This document shows positions 48,149 through 60,599 of a stretch of 64,000 nucleotides of DNA, piece by piece. A program made the position numbers and the translations under genes. This DNA is from Anthoceros angustus. Its lineage: Eukaryota > Plantae > Anthocerotophyta. Under the pieces are notes generated by a model, which saw nothing but the letters and a program-made list of their open reading frames with translations, was not told where the DNA came from and did not search any database. The first letter of the stretch is position 1, and each line of letters begins with the position of its first letter. The stretch covers positions 372,001 through 436,000 of the forward strand of contig MU008157.1 of assembly GCA_010909165.1 (NCBI GenBank). The letters are read 5' to 3'.

Positions 48149-49371
48149 TTGAAGATTATTTGTCTTGTTTGAATTTTACTTTTACATTAGTCTAGACCAA
48201 TTTACCGCAATCTATGCAATTATCATATTTCAGTCCCATGACGAAAATCTGTCCTTAGTGGACTTAAATAAAATTCTTCTTCTTCTTTTTCTCCTTCCTT
48301 ACATGATTTCATCCGTCATATCATGCAAGTTCCTTCCGTGTGCCTTCCATGGATTTTTCCTGCCTCGACGTTCCTTCCGCGTGCCTTCCATGGATTTTTC
48401 CTGCCTCGACACAACTCCTCCATGTCCGGGTCTTCCCAAGCTGTCCTATGGTGGATGGGGTTATCCTTGTCTTTGCATATCCGTATACATGTAGACTTAT
48501 AATAAAGAGGGACACCCATAATCCTTCCAAGTTCCATCCATCCTTCCTTCTCGGCGAATTGACACACGGCCCTTTGTCGGCCATGTGAACCACCGGCTCG
48601 TGACTCTGGGTGTTGGGCGGCCGTGCCGACTTCGGATTTAGATGCATGTACAGTTACAGCAACTGGTCCAGTGCGGCCGGCAATAGTATGCCGGCAAAGA
48701 CCTATCTACATATGTGGTCCCAAAGTGGTCTTCTTGAGTCATCGGCCGCTCAAGTCGCGCCTGACGAGGTCCCGCTCATTTCCGCCTATAGGCCAGCTTC
48801 TGAAACTGTTGAAGCCCTAAATGCTCTTCCCCGGACTTGACCTCTTCGTACAGTCCCCATGGCATTCAGCTTGATGGCATCGAAGTGTGTGCACCAATCT
48901 AATGCGGGGGAGGCTTGTCCGCTCTTCTGGCTTCGCAGTCCAGCCATACACAATGATAGATGTGTAGCATCAAGCTATGATCAGACTGAACCTTCGGCAC
49001 CGTATTACCTCTTGAGGAAATCGTTGTCACTTTTAGATATTGATGCACCGTGCACTGCACCCTAATCGGAAATTTCGAAAGCTTGGCTTGTAGCGTTACA
49101 GCACAAGATGCCGGTGTGGAGGAGATTGAATCATGTCTGTTCCTTGTCGGATCGATGTCCAAAGCAAAGCACTGCTGGATGCATGACTGCGCCCAGCCTG
49201 TTGTAATGGACTTCTGTAACCTCTCGGAAGATGCCAGAGTTTAGGTTTCAGTATCAGTGCCGTGCCGTGCTGGTCCAAATTATGGGCGATCCGAACAATT
49301 GAGAATGCTAGGTCTTGGAGGCATTACTGGGGCTTGGTGGGTTGCTCAGCTAGGGGTCAGTCCCCAGGACC

Positions 49372-51479
49372 ATGGGTTCAACGGGTTGTGAATCGGACGG
49401 TCCTGTCATCAGGGTGTTGGAGTTCTACAGCGGAATCGGCGGACTGGCAAGTGAAAGAGATGCTGCTTCAGGAATTTGTGAAGCATTATAGCATTCCACA
49501 CTAGCTGAGCTTGGACTGCATTTGCAGAGGTATTCGCTGGAGTACGCAGGTGTGCCTGCGGTTGTGGCGGAGGCTTTTGATATCAATGATGTGGCCAACG
49601 ATGTCTATGAGCATAACTTCGGCCACCGGCCAAACCAGGTTTCTGCTGTCAGAATTGTTGGTGTTGTCCAGTTACCAGGAGGTCCTCTCGTTGAGCACTG
49701 ATTGACTTGCTCTTCTGTCTTTTAGGGGAACATCCAAAGGTTAACCGTGCAACAACTGGATAAGTACAAGGCGGATGCTTGGCTTTTGTCTCCTCCTTGT
49801 CAGCCATATACCCGGCAAGGTGAGAACCAGTCCTCACATGATGCGTTGATATTGATTCCCAAGGAAGAAGAAGTCTGCTGGGAAATGAAAACTTCTCATT
49901 GGATTTTCTTTAGGTTTGCAGGCTTGCAAAAAGACGTAGACGATGGCAGGGCTGCTTCTTTTCTACAGCTTTTGGAGATGCTGGCTGAGATGGCATCACC
50001 TCCTGCGTATATTTTCGTGGAGAATGTTGTGGGCTTTGAGGTGACAGCAGTTCCATTCATGTGAAGGGTGGTTTTTAGGTCTAACCACGAGGTGGAAACT
50101 GACTGATGCTATTTGTTCTGTCTGATAGTGCTCGGTCACTCATGGCTGCTTACGGGGCGTGCTAAGGGGAGCTGGTTTTCAAACTCAGGAGTTCATCCTG
50201 AGTCCTCTTCAGTTCGGCATTCCTTATTCCAGACCTCGCTACTTCTGTCTGGTACTGTGCATCTCCAGTATTCCTGGATTGATTTTTTTGTTGTGGTATT
50301 TGTGCTCAGGTAATGTGAATCGATCTGCTTTGTGATCCTGCGCAGGCCAAAAGAGAGGCACTACCATTTGCGCACTTGGAACTGAATGGAAGCCTGCTTT
50401 GTAGACCTGGACCTGTACTCCCAGATACTTCAGAGTGCCTACACCACATGGACAAGACCTCTCAAGCACCCTACAAGCCCGGTATTCAACCAAGGACCAT
50501 GAATGAACCAGTGCTAGATCCGGCTGTTATTTGCCAACCTATCAGCCATTTTCTAGAGCTGGAACCTACTGAAGATGTGCAAACATCATACACTTCTCAG
50601 CCAGTTACTGTAGAACATACACGCAGTAAAAGTGTAAGTGAAGTACATGAGGTCAGTTGTGCCAGCAATACAAAGATCATGTTGCAGAAATGGAAGGACT
50701 ATATGGTGCCCGCCAGCACAATCAGGCGTTGGGGTGAAGTCTTTGGTACCTTCATAAACCTTGAGAGCTTGTTTTGTTATTGTAGTTGCTGCATTGATTT
50801 GTCACGTGGCTAACTCGTGCTGTTTGAAAAATATTCTTGTAGACATAGTTTGCCCAGAGTCAAGACGTTGCTGTTGCTTCACGAAAAGCTATTTTCGTTT
50901 TGCGAAGGGCACTGGATCCTTTTTGGCAATGGAGGTGGGTTTCGCTGGAGTCGCTGGTGTCCCTTGTTGTAAGCCTTGATTTTAGACTCTAGCTCATAAC
51001 TATCACATTTTCTTACATAAGAAGAGTTCGTTGCAGGCTTCAGAGTCTCTAGTGGCAAACCTGTCGACGGGATCCTCTGGGATGTGTCTATCAGATTTGG
51101 ACCTTAGATATTTTACTCCTCGGGAGGTATGTTCTCCCACTCTTCAAGTGCAATTGTTTCTTGTACTTGGTATCAAAGCTTGTGACTCAGACTGCAGGGT
51201 ACTGATGCTTCAGGTGGCCAATCTCCATTCTTTCCCTGCAAAGTTCATGTTTCCTAATCATGTGACTTTGAAGCAAAGGTACTGAAGTTTGCAAGTAGCT
51301 CGTGAATGATGCCCTCTCATGTTAGTCATTGGTAATAGTGACTGAACAGTGGGTAATTCTTGATGTGTAGGTATGCTCTACTCGGAAACAGCCTTAGTAT
51401 AGCTGTTGTGGGTTGCTTGTTAAGATACTTATTTCAAACCAAATCATTGGCAACATCGCCAACAGTGGCTACGAAATAA
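49372..51479 (+). CDS. DNMT2: DNMT2/TRDMT1 tRNA (cytosine-38-C5) methyltransferase, 10 exons (approx. 49372-49446, 49528-49638, 49726-49819, 49922-50040, 50129-50251, 50346-50745, 50843-50934, 51037-51126, 51214-51279, 51371-51479)
   Basis: [65 protein letters not shown] (DNMT2 signature), [24 protein letters not shown]. Confidence 0.95.
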
Positions 51480-51954
51480 AGGGTGGCACTCCAATTGCTC
51501 AGGTATTTTAAAGCCCACATCAGGGCTTTAGAAGTTCAGATGGACTCTATCAAGAATGTAGAACAATGACCTGCACAACTCTAGACAACCATCATCTGTG
51601 GTGGTCCACGCTGGCTTGTGGCACTGGTGTGGTGTATGGTGCGGAGAGAAGTGAAAGAGTTGCCGTGACACTCCCTTGGACTGCGGAGTTTGTTGCGGAA
51701 CGCACCTGTGATCCCACTCACCAACGCGTTGCCGAACGGTCCGTCCAAGGGGGAAAGGAAAAGGCTTTCATGGCAACAGCTCGTTTGGAGCCGACAGAAC
51801 TAGCTAGCCAGAATTTGTAGAAGCATTTGTTCGTCGAACCTCTGGAGTCGAGGATGAACACACATGGCTTAGTGGTGTCCATGACTCGATTTGCGAAATT
51901 GGAATCGAGACTAAAGAGTTTTGTATAAATAAAAGATGCCAACTTTTGTTATGG

Positions 51955-51959
51955 CGGGG

Positions 51960-52005
<46 letters not shown>

Positions 52006-52027
52006 GGATCGAAACCCGGCGTCTCCA
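51955..52027 (+). tRNA. tRNA-Ala(TGC), copy 1 (5' G-run one base shorter than copy 2)
   Basis: TAGCTCAATTGGTAGAGC D-arm, CGCGC-TT TGC AT-GCGCG anticodon arm, CCGGG-ATCGAAA-CCCGG T-arm, G3:U70. Confidence 0.85.
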
Positions 52028-52069
52028 CACAATGGATGGTCGTCTGAAGATCAACACAAATTAAAATAC

Positions 52070-53681
52070 GTTTTTCCGAGATAATACTCGGATGTACCCT
52101 ACATAAAGGAATTACATCACAAAGCCGAGAGATTTTTTTCCGAGATAATACTCGGATGTACCCTAAATATAGGTATTACATCACAAAGCCTCTTGCGTTG
52201 AGAGAGAGAGAGAGAGAGTGAGCCGTATGGTGGATGGCTCGCTACACCATCTATGGTATGGAGAGAGAGAGAGAGAGTGAGCCGTATGGAGCGTACGTAG
52301 CTAAGCTAGCGATGCAAGAGAGAGAGTGAGCCGTATGGAGCGTACGTAGCTACCCTAAATATAGGAATTACATCACAAAGCCTCTTGCGTCGAGAGAGAG
52401 AGAGAGAGAGATGTACCCTAAATATAGGAATTACATCACAAAGCCTCTTGCTTGAGAGAGAGAGAGAGAGAGAGTGAGCCGTATGGTGGATGGCTCACAC
52501 CATCTATGGTATGGAGAGAGAGAGAGAGTGAGCCGTATGGAGCGTACGTAGCTAAGCTAGCGATGCAAGAGAGAGAGTGAGCCGTATGGAGCGTACGTAG
52601 CTACCCTAAATATAGGAATTACATCACAAAGCCTCTTGCGTCGAGAGAGAGAGAGAGAGATGTACCCTAAATATAGGAATTACATCACAAAGCCTCTTGC
52701 GTTGAGAGAGAGAGAGAGAGAGTGAGCCGTATGGTGGATGGCTCGCTACACCATCTATGGTATGGAGAGAGAGAGAGAGAGTGAGCCGTATGGAGCGACG
52801 AGCTAAGCTAGCGATGCAAGAGAGAGAGTGAGCCGATGGAGCGACGTAGCTAAGCTAGCGATGCAACCATGGATGGCTCGCTACACCATCTATGGTATGG
52901 AGAGAGAGAGAGAGAGAGAGTGAGCCGTATGGAGCGACGTAGCTAAGCTAGCGATGCAACCATGGATGGCTCGCTACACCATCTATGGTATGGAGCAAAG
53001 GTACTGAAGTTTGCAAGTAGCTCGTGAATGATGCCCTCTCATGTTAGTCATTGGTAATAGTGACTGAACAGTGGGTAATTCTTGATGTGTAGGTATGCTC
53101 TACTCGGAAACAGCCTTAGTATAGCTGTTGTGGGTTGCTTGTTAAGATACTTATTTCAAACCAAATCATTGGCAACATCGCCAACAGTGGCTACGAAATA
53201 AAGGGTGGCACTCAATTGCTCAGGTATTTTAAAGCCCACATCAGGGCTTTAGAAGTTCAGATGGACTCTATCAAGAATGTAGAACAATGACCTGCACAAC
53301 TCTAGACAACCATCATCTGTGGTGGTCCACGCTGGCTTGTGGCACTGGTGTGGTGTATGGTGCGGAGAGAAGTGAAAGAGTTGCCGTGACACTCCTTGGA
53401 CTGCGGAGTTTTGTTGCGGAACGCACCTGTGATCCCACTCACCAACGCGTTGCCGAACGGTCCGTCCAAGGGGGAAAGGAAAAGGCTTTCATGGCAACAG
53501 CTCGTTTGGAGCCGACAGAACTAGCTAGCCAGAATTTGTAGAAGCATTTGTTCGTCGAACCTCTGGAGTCGAGGATGAACACACATGGCTTAGTGGTGTC
53601 CATGACTCGATTTGCGAAATTGGAATCGAGACTAAAGAGTTTTGTATAAATAAAAGATGCCAACTTTTGTTATGGCGGGGG

Positions 53682-53727
<46 letters not shown>

Positions 53728-56700
53728 GGATCGAAACCCGGCGTCTCCACACAATGGATGGTCGTCTGAAGATCAACACAAATTAAAATACGTTTTTCCG
53801 AGATAATACTCGGATGTACCCTACATAAAGGAATTACATCACAAAGCCGAGAGATTTTTTTCCGAGATAATACTCGGATGTACCCTAAATATAGGTATTA
53901 CATCACAAAGCCTCTTGCGTTGAGAGAGAGAGAGAGTGAGCCGTATGGTGGATGGCTCGCCACACCATCTATGGAGAGAGAGAGAGAGAGTGAGCCGTAT
54001 GGAGCGTAGCTAAGCTAGCGATGCAAGAGAGAGAGTGAGCCGTATGGAGCGACGTAGCTACCTAAATATAGGAATTACATCACAAAGCCTCTTGCGTTGA
54101 GAGAGAGAGAGAGATGTACCCTAAATATAGGAATTACATCACAAAGCCTCTTGCGTTGAGAGAGAGAGAGAGAGAGAGAGTATGGTGGATGGCTCACACC
54201 ATCTATGGTATGGAGAGAGAGAGAGAGTGAGCCGTATGGAGCGTAGCTAGCGATGCAAGAGAGAGTGAGCCGTATGGAGCGTGACGAGCTAAGCTAGCGA
54301 TGCAACCATGGATGGCTCGCTACACCATCTATGGTATGGAGAGAGAGAGAGAGAGAGTGAGCCGTATGGAGCGTACGTAGCTAAGCTAGCGATGCAACCA
54401 TGGATGGCTCGCTACACCATCTATGGTATGGAGCGTACGTAGCTAAGCTAGCGATGCAACCATGGATGGCTCGCTACACCATCTATAGTTGTTTGCTCTC
54501 GCATGGCTCGCTACACCATCTATGGTTGTTTGGTTGTTTGGTTGTTTGCTCTCGCTACACCATCCATCTATGGTTGTTTGCTCTCGCATGGCATGATGGC
54601 TCGCTACACCATCTATGGTTATTTGCTCTCGCATGGCTCGCTACACCATCTATGGTTGTTTGGTTGTTTGGTTGTTTGGTTGTTTGCTCTCGCTACACCA
54701 TCCATCTATGGTTGTTTGCTCGCATGGCTCGCCACCATCTATGGTTGTTTGGTTGTTTGCTCGATGCAACCATGGATGGCTCGCTACACCATCTATGGTT
54801 GTTTGCTCGCATGGCTCGCTACACCATCTATGGTTGTTTGCTCGCATGGCTCGCTACACCATCTATGGTTGTTTGTTGTTTGGTTGTTTGCTCTCGCCAC
54901 ACCATCCATCTATGGTTGTTGCTCGCATGGCATGATGGCTCACACCATCTATGGTTATTTGCTCTCGCATGGCTCGCTACACCATCTATGGTTGTTTGGT
55001 TGTTTGGTTGTTTGGTTGTTTGCTCTCGCTACACCATCCATCTATGGTTGTTTGCTCTCGCATGGCTCGCTACACCATCTATGGTTGTTTGGTTGTTTGC
55101 TCTCGATGCAACCATGGATGGCTCGCTACACCATCTATGGTTGTTTGCTCTCGCATGGCTCGCTACACCATCTATGGTTGTTTGCTCTCGCATGGCTCGC
55201 TACACCATCTATGGTTGTTTGGTTGTTGTTGTTGCTCGCTACACCATCCATCTATGGTTGTTTGCTCGCATGGCATGATGGCTCGCTACACCATCTATAG
55301 TTGTTTGCTCTCGCTACACCATCTATGGTTGTTTGGTTGTTTGGTTGTTTGCTCTCGCTACACCATCCATCTATGGTTGTTTGCTCTCGCATGGCTCGCT
55401 ACACCATCTATGGTTGTTTGGTTGTTTGCTCTCGCTACACCATCCGTGTATCGCTGTTTGCTCTTGGGCTACGCCATCCGTGTATGGCTGTTTGCTCTCG
55501 TGCTACACCATTCGTGTATGGCTATGGCTGTTTGCTCTCGTGCTACACCATTCGTGTATGGCTGACCATGCTCTTGGGCTACGCCATCCGTGTATGGCTG
55601 TTTGCTCTCGTGCTACACCATCCGTGTATGGCTGACCATGCTCTCAGGCTACGCCGTCCGTGTATGACTGTTTGCTCTCGTGCTACACCATCCGTGTATG
55701 GCTGTTTGCTGGCTGTTTGCTCTCCACCATTTGTTTGCTCTCGGGCTACACCTGTTTGCTCTCCACCATTTGTTTGCTCTCAGGCTATACCACCTGTGTA
55801 TGGCTGTTTGCTCTCGGGCTACACCATCCGTGTATGGCGTGTATGGCTATTTGCTCTCGGGCTACACCATCCGTGTATTGGCTACACCATCTGTGTATGG
55901 CTGTTTGCTGGCTGTTTGCTCTCCACCATCTGTTTGCTCTAGGGGTACACTATCTCTGTATGGCTGTTTGCTGGCTGTTTGCTCTCCACCATCTGTTTGC
56001 TCTAGGGGTACACCATCTGTGTATGGCTATTTGCTGGCTGTTTGCTCTCCACCATTTGTTTGCTCTAGGGGTACACCATCTGTGTATGGCTGTTTGCTCT
56101 CGGGCTACACCATCCGTGTATGGCGTGTATGGCTATTTGCTCTAAGACTCGACGTGTATTGGCTACACCATCGTGTATGGTCTTTGGCCGCTTGCTCTTG
56201 GTATTTGCTCTCCATCTCATGTTTGCTCTCGGGCTACACCATCCGTGTATGGCTGTTTGCTCTCCACCATCTTTGTATGGCTGTTTGTTGTCCACCATCC
56301 GTGTATGGCTGTTTGCTCTTGGGCTACACCATATGTGTATGGCTGTTTGCTCTCCACCATCTTTGTATGGTTGTTTGCTGTCCACCATTCGTGTATGGCT
56401 GTTTGCTCTTGGGCTACACCATCCGTGTATGGCTGTTTGCTCTCCACCATCTTTGTATGGCTGTTTGCTGTCCACCATCCGTGTATGGCTGTTTGCTCTT
56501 GGGCTACACCATCTGTGTATGGCTGTTTGCTCTCCACCATCTTTGTATGGTCTTTGTCCACCATTCGTGTATGGTCGTTGCTCTTGGGCTACACCATCCG
56601 TGGTCGCTGTTGCTCTCCACCATCTTTGTATGGCTGTTTGCTGTCCACCATCCGTGTATGGCTGTTTGCTCTTGGGCTACACCATCCGTGTATGGCTGTT

Positions 56701-57435
56701 TGCTCTCCCATCTCGGGCTACACTATGGCTGTTTGCTCTCGGGCTATATCATCCATGTATAGCTGTTTGCTCTCCGATCTCGGGCTACACTATGGCTGTT
56801 TGTTCTCGGGCTACACCATCCGTGTATGGTTGTTTGCTCTCCGAGAGCAAACACCATGTCTGTTCTATGGCTGATTGCTCTCGGGCTACACCATCTCTGT
56901 TTTCCGAGAGTTTGCTCTCCGATCTATGGCTGATTGCTCTGGGGCTACACCATCTCTTTCTATGGCTGATTGCTCTCGGGCTACACCATCTCTTTCTATG
57001 GCTGATTGCTCTCGGGCTACACCATCTCTTTCTATGGTTGATTGCTCTCGGGCTACACCATCTCTTTCTATGGCTGATTGCTCTCGGGCTACACCATCTC
57101 TTTCTATGGCTGATTGCTCTCGGGCTACACCATCTCTTTCTATGGCTGATTGCTCTCGGGCTACACCATCTCTTTCTATGGCTGATTGCTCTCGGGCTAC
57201 ACCATCTCTTTCTATGGTCGATTGCTCCTGCCACACCATCTCTGTATGGTCGATTGCTCCTGCCACACCATCTCTTTCTATGGCTAATTGCTCTCGCTGT
57301 TTTCCGAGAGTTTGCTTTCCGATCTATGGCTGATTGCTCTCGGGCTACACATCTCTGTTTTCCGAGAGTTTGCTCTCGGAGAGCAAATAGCCATACATAG
57401 ATGGTGTAGCCCGAGAGCAAACAGCCATACACACC
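52070..57435 (+). repeat. Composite satellite array with core CTACACCAT(N)TATGG, interrupted by the duplicated segment; last ~55 bp inverted
   Basis: Sub-arrays: (GA)n-containing units to ~54460, ~37-bp ATGGCTCGCTACACCATCTATGGTTGTTTGCTCTCGC to ~55440, ~34-bp CTACACCATCCGTGTATGGCTGTTTGCTCT to ~56850, and 36-bp CTACACCATCTCTTTCTATGGCTGATTGCTCTCGGG to ~57360. Confidence 0.93.
53677..53749 (+). tRNA. tRNA-Ala(TGC), copy 2
   Basis: GGGGGTG...CGTCTCCA, 73-nt cloverleaf, G3:U70 alanine identity pair. Confidence 0.9.
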
Positions 57436-57440
57436 TCCGC

Positions 57441-59200
57441 ATGCTGACATTGATGCCTCCGAACAGTGCATATCTAATGACTTTCAAGGTCACGGGAATG
57501 GAATATGCTACTTGTGCTGGTTGCATGGAGAAAGTGGTAAAGCGGATTCCAGGAATCGAGGATGCGATGGTCGCAGTAGTTCAAGACAAAGCTCAAGTCA
57601 TCTACCACCCCGCCTCCGTACAGGTGAGCAAGCAGCAAGATGATTTATAGGTGAGCTTTAAAAAAAGCTCCTAGGAACGGGACACTTCTGTGTTTTGGCC
57701 ATTGGTGTGGCTTGAGGAGGTCCACGTGCATTGAAGTAATGGCTTCCGATGTCATTTCTAAGTACTTTTGCATTTTCGCATCGCAAGAATAATACAAACA
57801 ACCGAAGATGCTGGCTTTGGGGCAATTCTTATTGAGGATGTTCCAAATCATAAGCACCTCGAGTTAAAAAAAGGTACGGTTGGCCTTGCACTGGAACAGG
57901 CGGAAATTCATTATGACTCAAGGCTCACTGACGTGAAACCTAATTAACGTGATTGATGATGTTGGATTCGAGGCTGCGCTTATTCATGTTGGGGAGGAAA
58001 GGAATCAGATTCAGCTGAACTGGAGGGTGTTCATTCTCAAGCTGCGAATAAGGACCTTAAGGTATCACTGCAACGCCCCAGTGGTGAAGTCAGTCGAGAT
58101 AATTGAGAATGGGGAAAACGTGTTGATCTAGTATGATCCAAACAAAACTGGGCCTAGGTACTTCATCGAAATCATAGCACAAATATGTACCATGCTTGCC
58201 ATGTACAAGGCCAGCTTGTTTACGAATCTAGGACATGTGGGCCCTGATCAGAGAAAGGAAATAGGGCATTACTTGACGAATTTCCTTTGGAGCTGTGTCT
58301 TCATAGTTCCTCTCTTTCTCCTCTCTATGGTGTTTAAATATATTCCTGTACTTGGGCATGGCCTGGATAAGAAGGTGGTCAACATGTTAAACATTGGAGA
58401 GATTCTGAGGTGGTTTTTATCTACCCTTCGTTCAGTTTTACGATTCTATGTGGGAGCTTACAAATCACTTCGTCATGGATATGCAAACATGATGTGCTAA
58501 TTGCTCTTGGTACAAGTGTTGCTTACTTTAATTCCGTCTATGCTGTTCTTCGTACAGCAACCTCTCAAACTTTGCAAGGCACTGATTTTTTTGACACTAA
58601 TGCCATGCTTATCTCCTTCATACTCCGTGCGAAGTACTAGGAGATTCTTGCCAAGGGGAAAACCTTACAAGCGTATGCTCACAAGAGAACCAAGGCCAGT
58701 GCAAAAGGTGGTTGGTGACAAGGTTATGGGTGGTACCCTGAACGAGAATGGGGTGCTACTTTTAAGGGCCACCCATGTTGGTTCAGAGACAGCCTTATCA
58801 CAAATAGTGAGGCTGGTGGAGACAACACAGATGGCAAAGGCATCGAGTACACAAGCTTGCGGATCGGATCTCAAGTATTTTGTACCTCGTAAGCATGATT
58901 TGCTAAAATTTTTTCATTCATGTTTACGCAAGAATGGCCGGCGTGATCTATCCAAGTCTCTATGGCAGAAAGGGCATCGTTGTGTTTTTTGGAGTTGATA
59001 AAACAGGAACTAATGAAGCCATTCTTGTGGTGAAGGTAGTAGTGGCTGCATTCTTTACGTGGCTGGGCTGGTATGTAGCTGGGAAGGCTGGCTCTAACCC
59101 GAAGTCTTGGATCCCATCGTCTATGTATGAGTTTGAGGTGGTACTTCAATACGGAATCTCGGTATTGGTCATTGCGTGCTCGTGTGCCTTGGGTTTAGGG
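57441..59200 (+). pseudogene. HMA5: HMA5-like P1B Cu-transporting ATPase pseudogene (truncated, internally deleted)
   Basis: FKVTGM..ATCAGC.EK.VKRIPGI, IDDVGFEA, FLWSCVFIVPLFLLSMVF, RFYVGAYKSLRHG, DVLIALGT..AYF, DFFDT.AMLISFI, GDKVMGGTLNENG, ATHVGSETALSQIVRLVE, ISVLVIACSCALGL, then ends. Stops and frameshifts throughout; no DKTGT. Confidence 0.9.
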
Positions 59201-60599
59201 TACTGATTTATAATTATGATCACCTGGGCACATAATAACACAACTTTTCACATATTTCCATCCTCATGGTTGTACACACGAGTACAATTAAAGAATCCTA
59301 TATACTTTGATCGAAATGATTTTTCCTAGCAATAGGTTAAGCTTTATGATGCAAATCACACAAGACCAGACAGAGCTCAACAACTAGCCTTCAACAGCAA
59401 ACGTAAAAAAGAGGGATCTCCCTCTTTTGAGTTCTCGAACTCAAAAGAAACAAAGCCGCAAATTTAAGTGTGAGACGTCCAACAACTTCAGGGCAAGCTA
59501 GGTAGGATCGCACAGGCCCATTGAGAAATTTCTCAACTAGTTTCTCAGGAGCAAACGAACTCTAGACACCTATCACTTAATCAAGGAAAATTTGGAATTT
59601 AATGAATCAAGTTATTCCACTTAGTTTTGATTATCTTGCATTGGAAAGTTATCATCATCGATTGCATTGATTTATTTTTTTGCGCGCGTGTTGCATCCCT
59701 TAGTGCGGATGCTTTCTAATATATATTGACGATATTCTTCAATTTTAGTCATTTCAAGCACGTTTGGGTTGCACATGTCATCCAAATATAGTTCTAGTGG
59801 AAAATTTAAGATGATCTTATACGGCTCATTGGCACGTGATCTCGCCCATCATTAACTCGTACTCCACATAGATACATCTTAATTTTCATCTTATCCGATG
59901 CATATGCAGCTTGTTTTGCGACGTAGCCACAATAGCATTGTTTCCCAAATGATTTCGTTTTGACACATGGTTGTACACTTTGGTTGCAACTTCTTCTTGT
60001 TGGACGACTTGAGGGAGATGAATGTTCCTCATCGGTTGAAGTAGGGCACCATATATAACAATCAAATGTGCCAATATTTTTATTGACACTAACTCCTTGA
60101 TATTGTTCCTCATCTTCATTGACACTTTTATTAGTGCATATTTTGTGTCAACCATTTCACATGTGGTTCCGGATAGATGCCCTTAGACTAATATCTTGAC
60201 TTGACCTAGTTGGCCTAATAGGCTTCAATTGTTCGGCGTCTTGGACTTCCTGCACTTTCTTTATATTCGATCCAATTGCGGGTGATTGGATGAAGTTGAC
60301 GCGTGTGCTCCAAGTTTGGATGGTTGGTATACTTGATCCATGGATTCAAAATGCACATCGGTGCATTAGCGATCCACGTTCTTTCATAGCGACTTGGGTC
60401 CTTTACCCACTCAGCATGTGAAACACGAATTGTTAGAGGCTCATTCATGGATGCACCGTGTTGAAATAATGCTGGATTTACAATATCTATAAATTCCCGA
60501 CTAGATGGTGGTATATAGTCGATCCAGGGCCGCAAACATCCTTGTGAACATTTCTACTGTCTAAGTCGATGTATACATATACTCATCATTTGATATGTA

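Larger units (their letters stand above)
51272..54430 (+). repeat. ~1.72-kb tandem duplication (DNMT2 last intron and exon, 3' region, tRNA-Ala, start of satellite)
   Basis: AGCAAAGGTACTGAAG... at 51272 recurs at ~52994. ORF offsets are 1721 bp. Confidence 0.93.

Noticed and set aside
49372-53749. DNMT2 next to tRNA genes as an enzyme-substrate cluster
   Set aside because: DNMT2 methylates C38 (tRNA-Asp, also Gly/Val). This tRNA-Ala loop is TT TGC AT, so position 38 is U.
54400-57526. Many long ORFs (up to 426 aa) on both strands
   Set aside because: They are translations of a stop-poor satellite, open in several frames at once, with no protein-like complexity.
2816-59200. Copper-homeostasis cluster (CSD2 plus HMA5)
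   Set aside because: The genes are 53 kb apart with unrelated genes between them, and HMA5 is a truncated pseudogene.
59191-59200. GGGTTTAGGG telomere-like motif at the HMA5 breakpoint
   Set aside because: It is a single unit largely explained by the codons for L-G-L, with no telomeric array.
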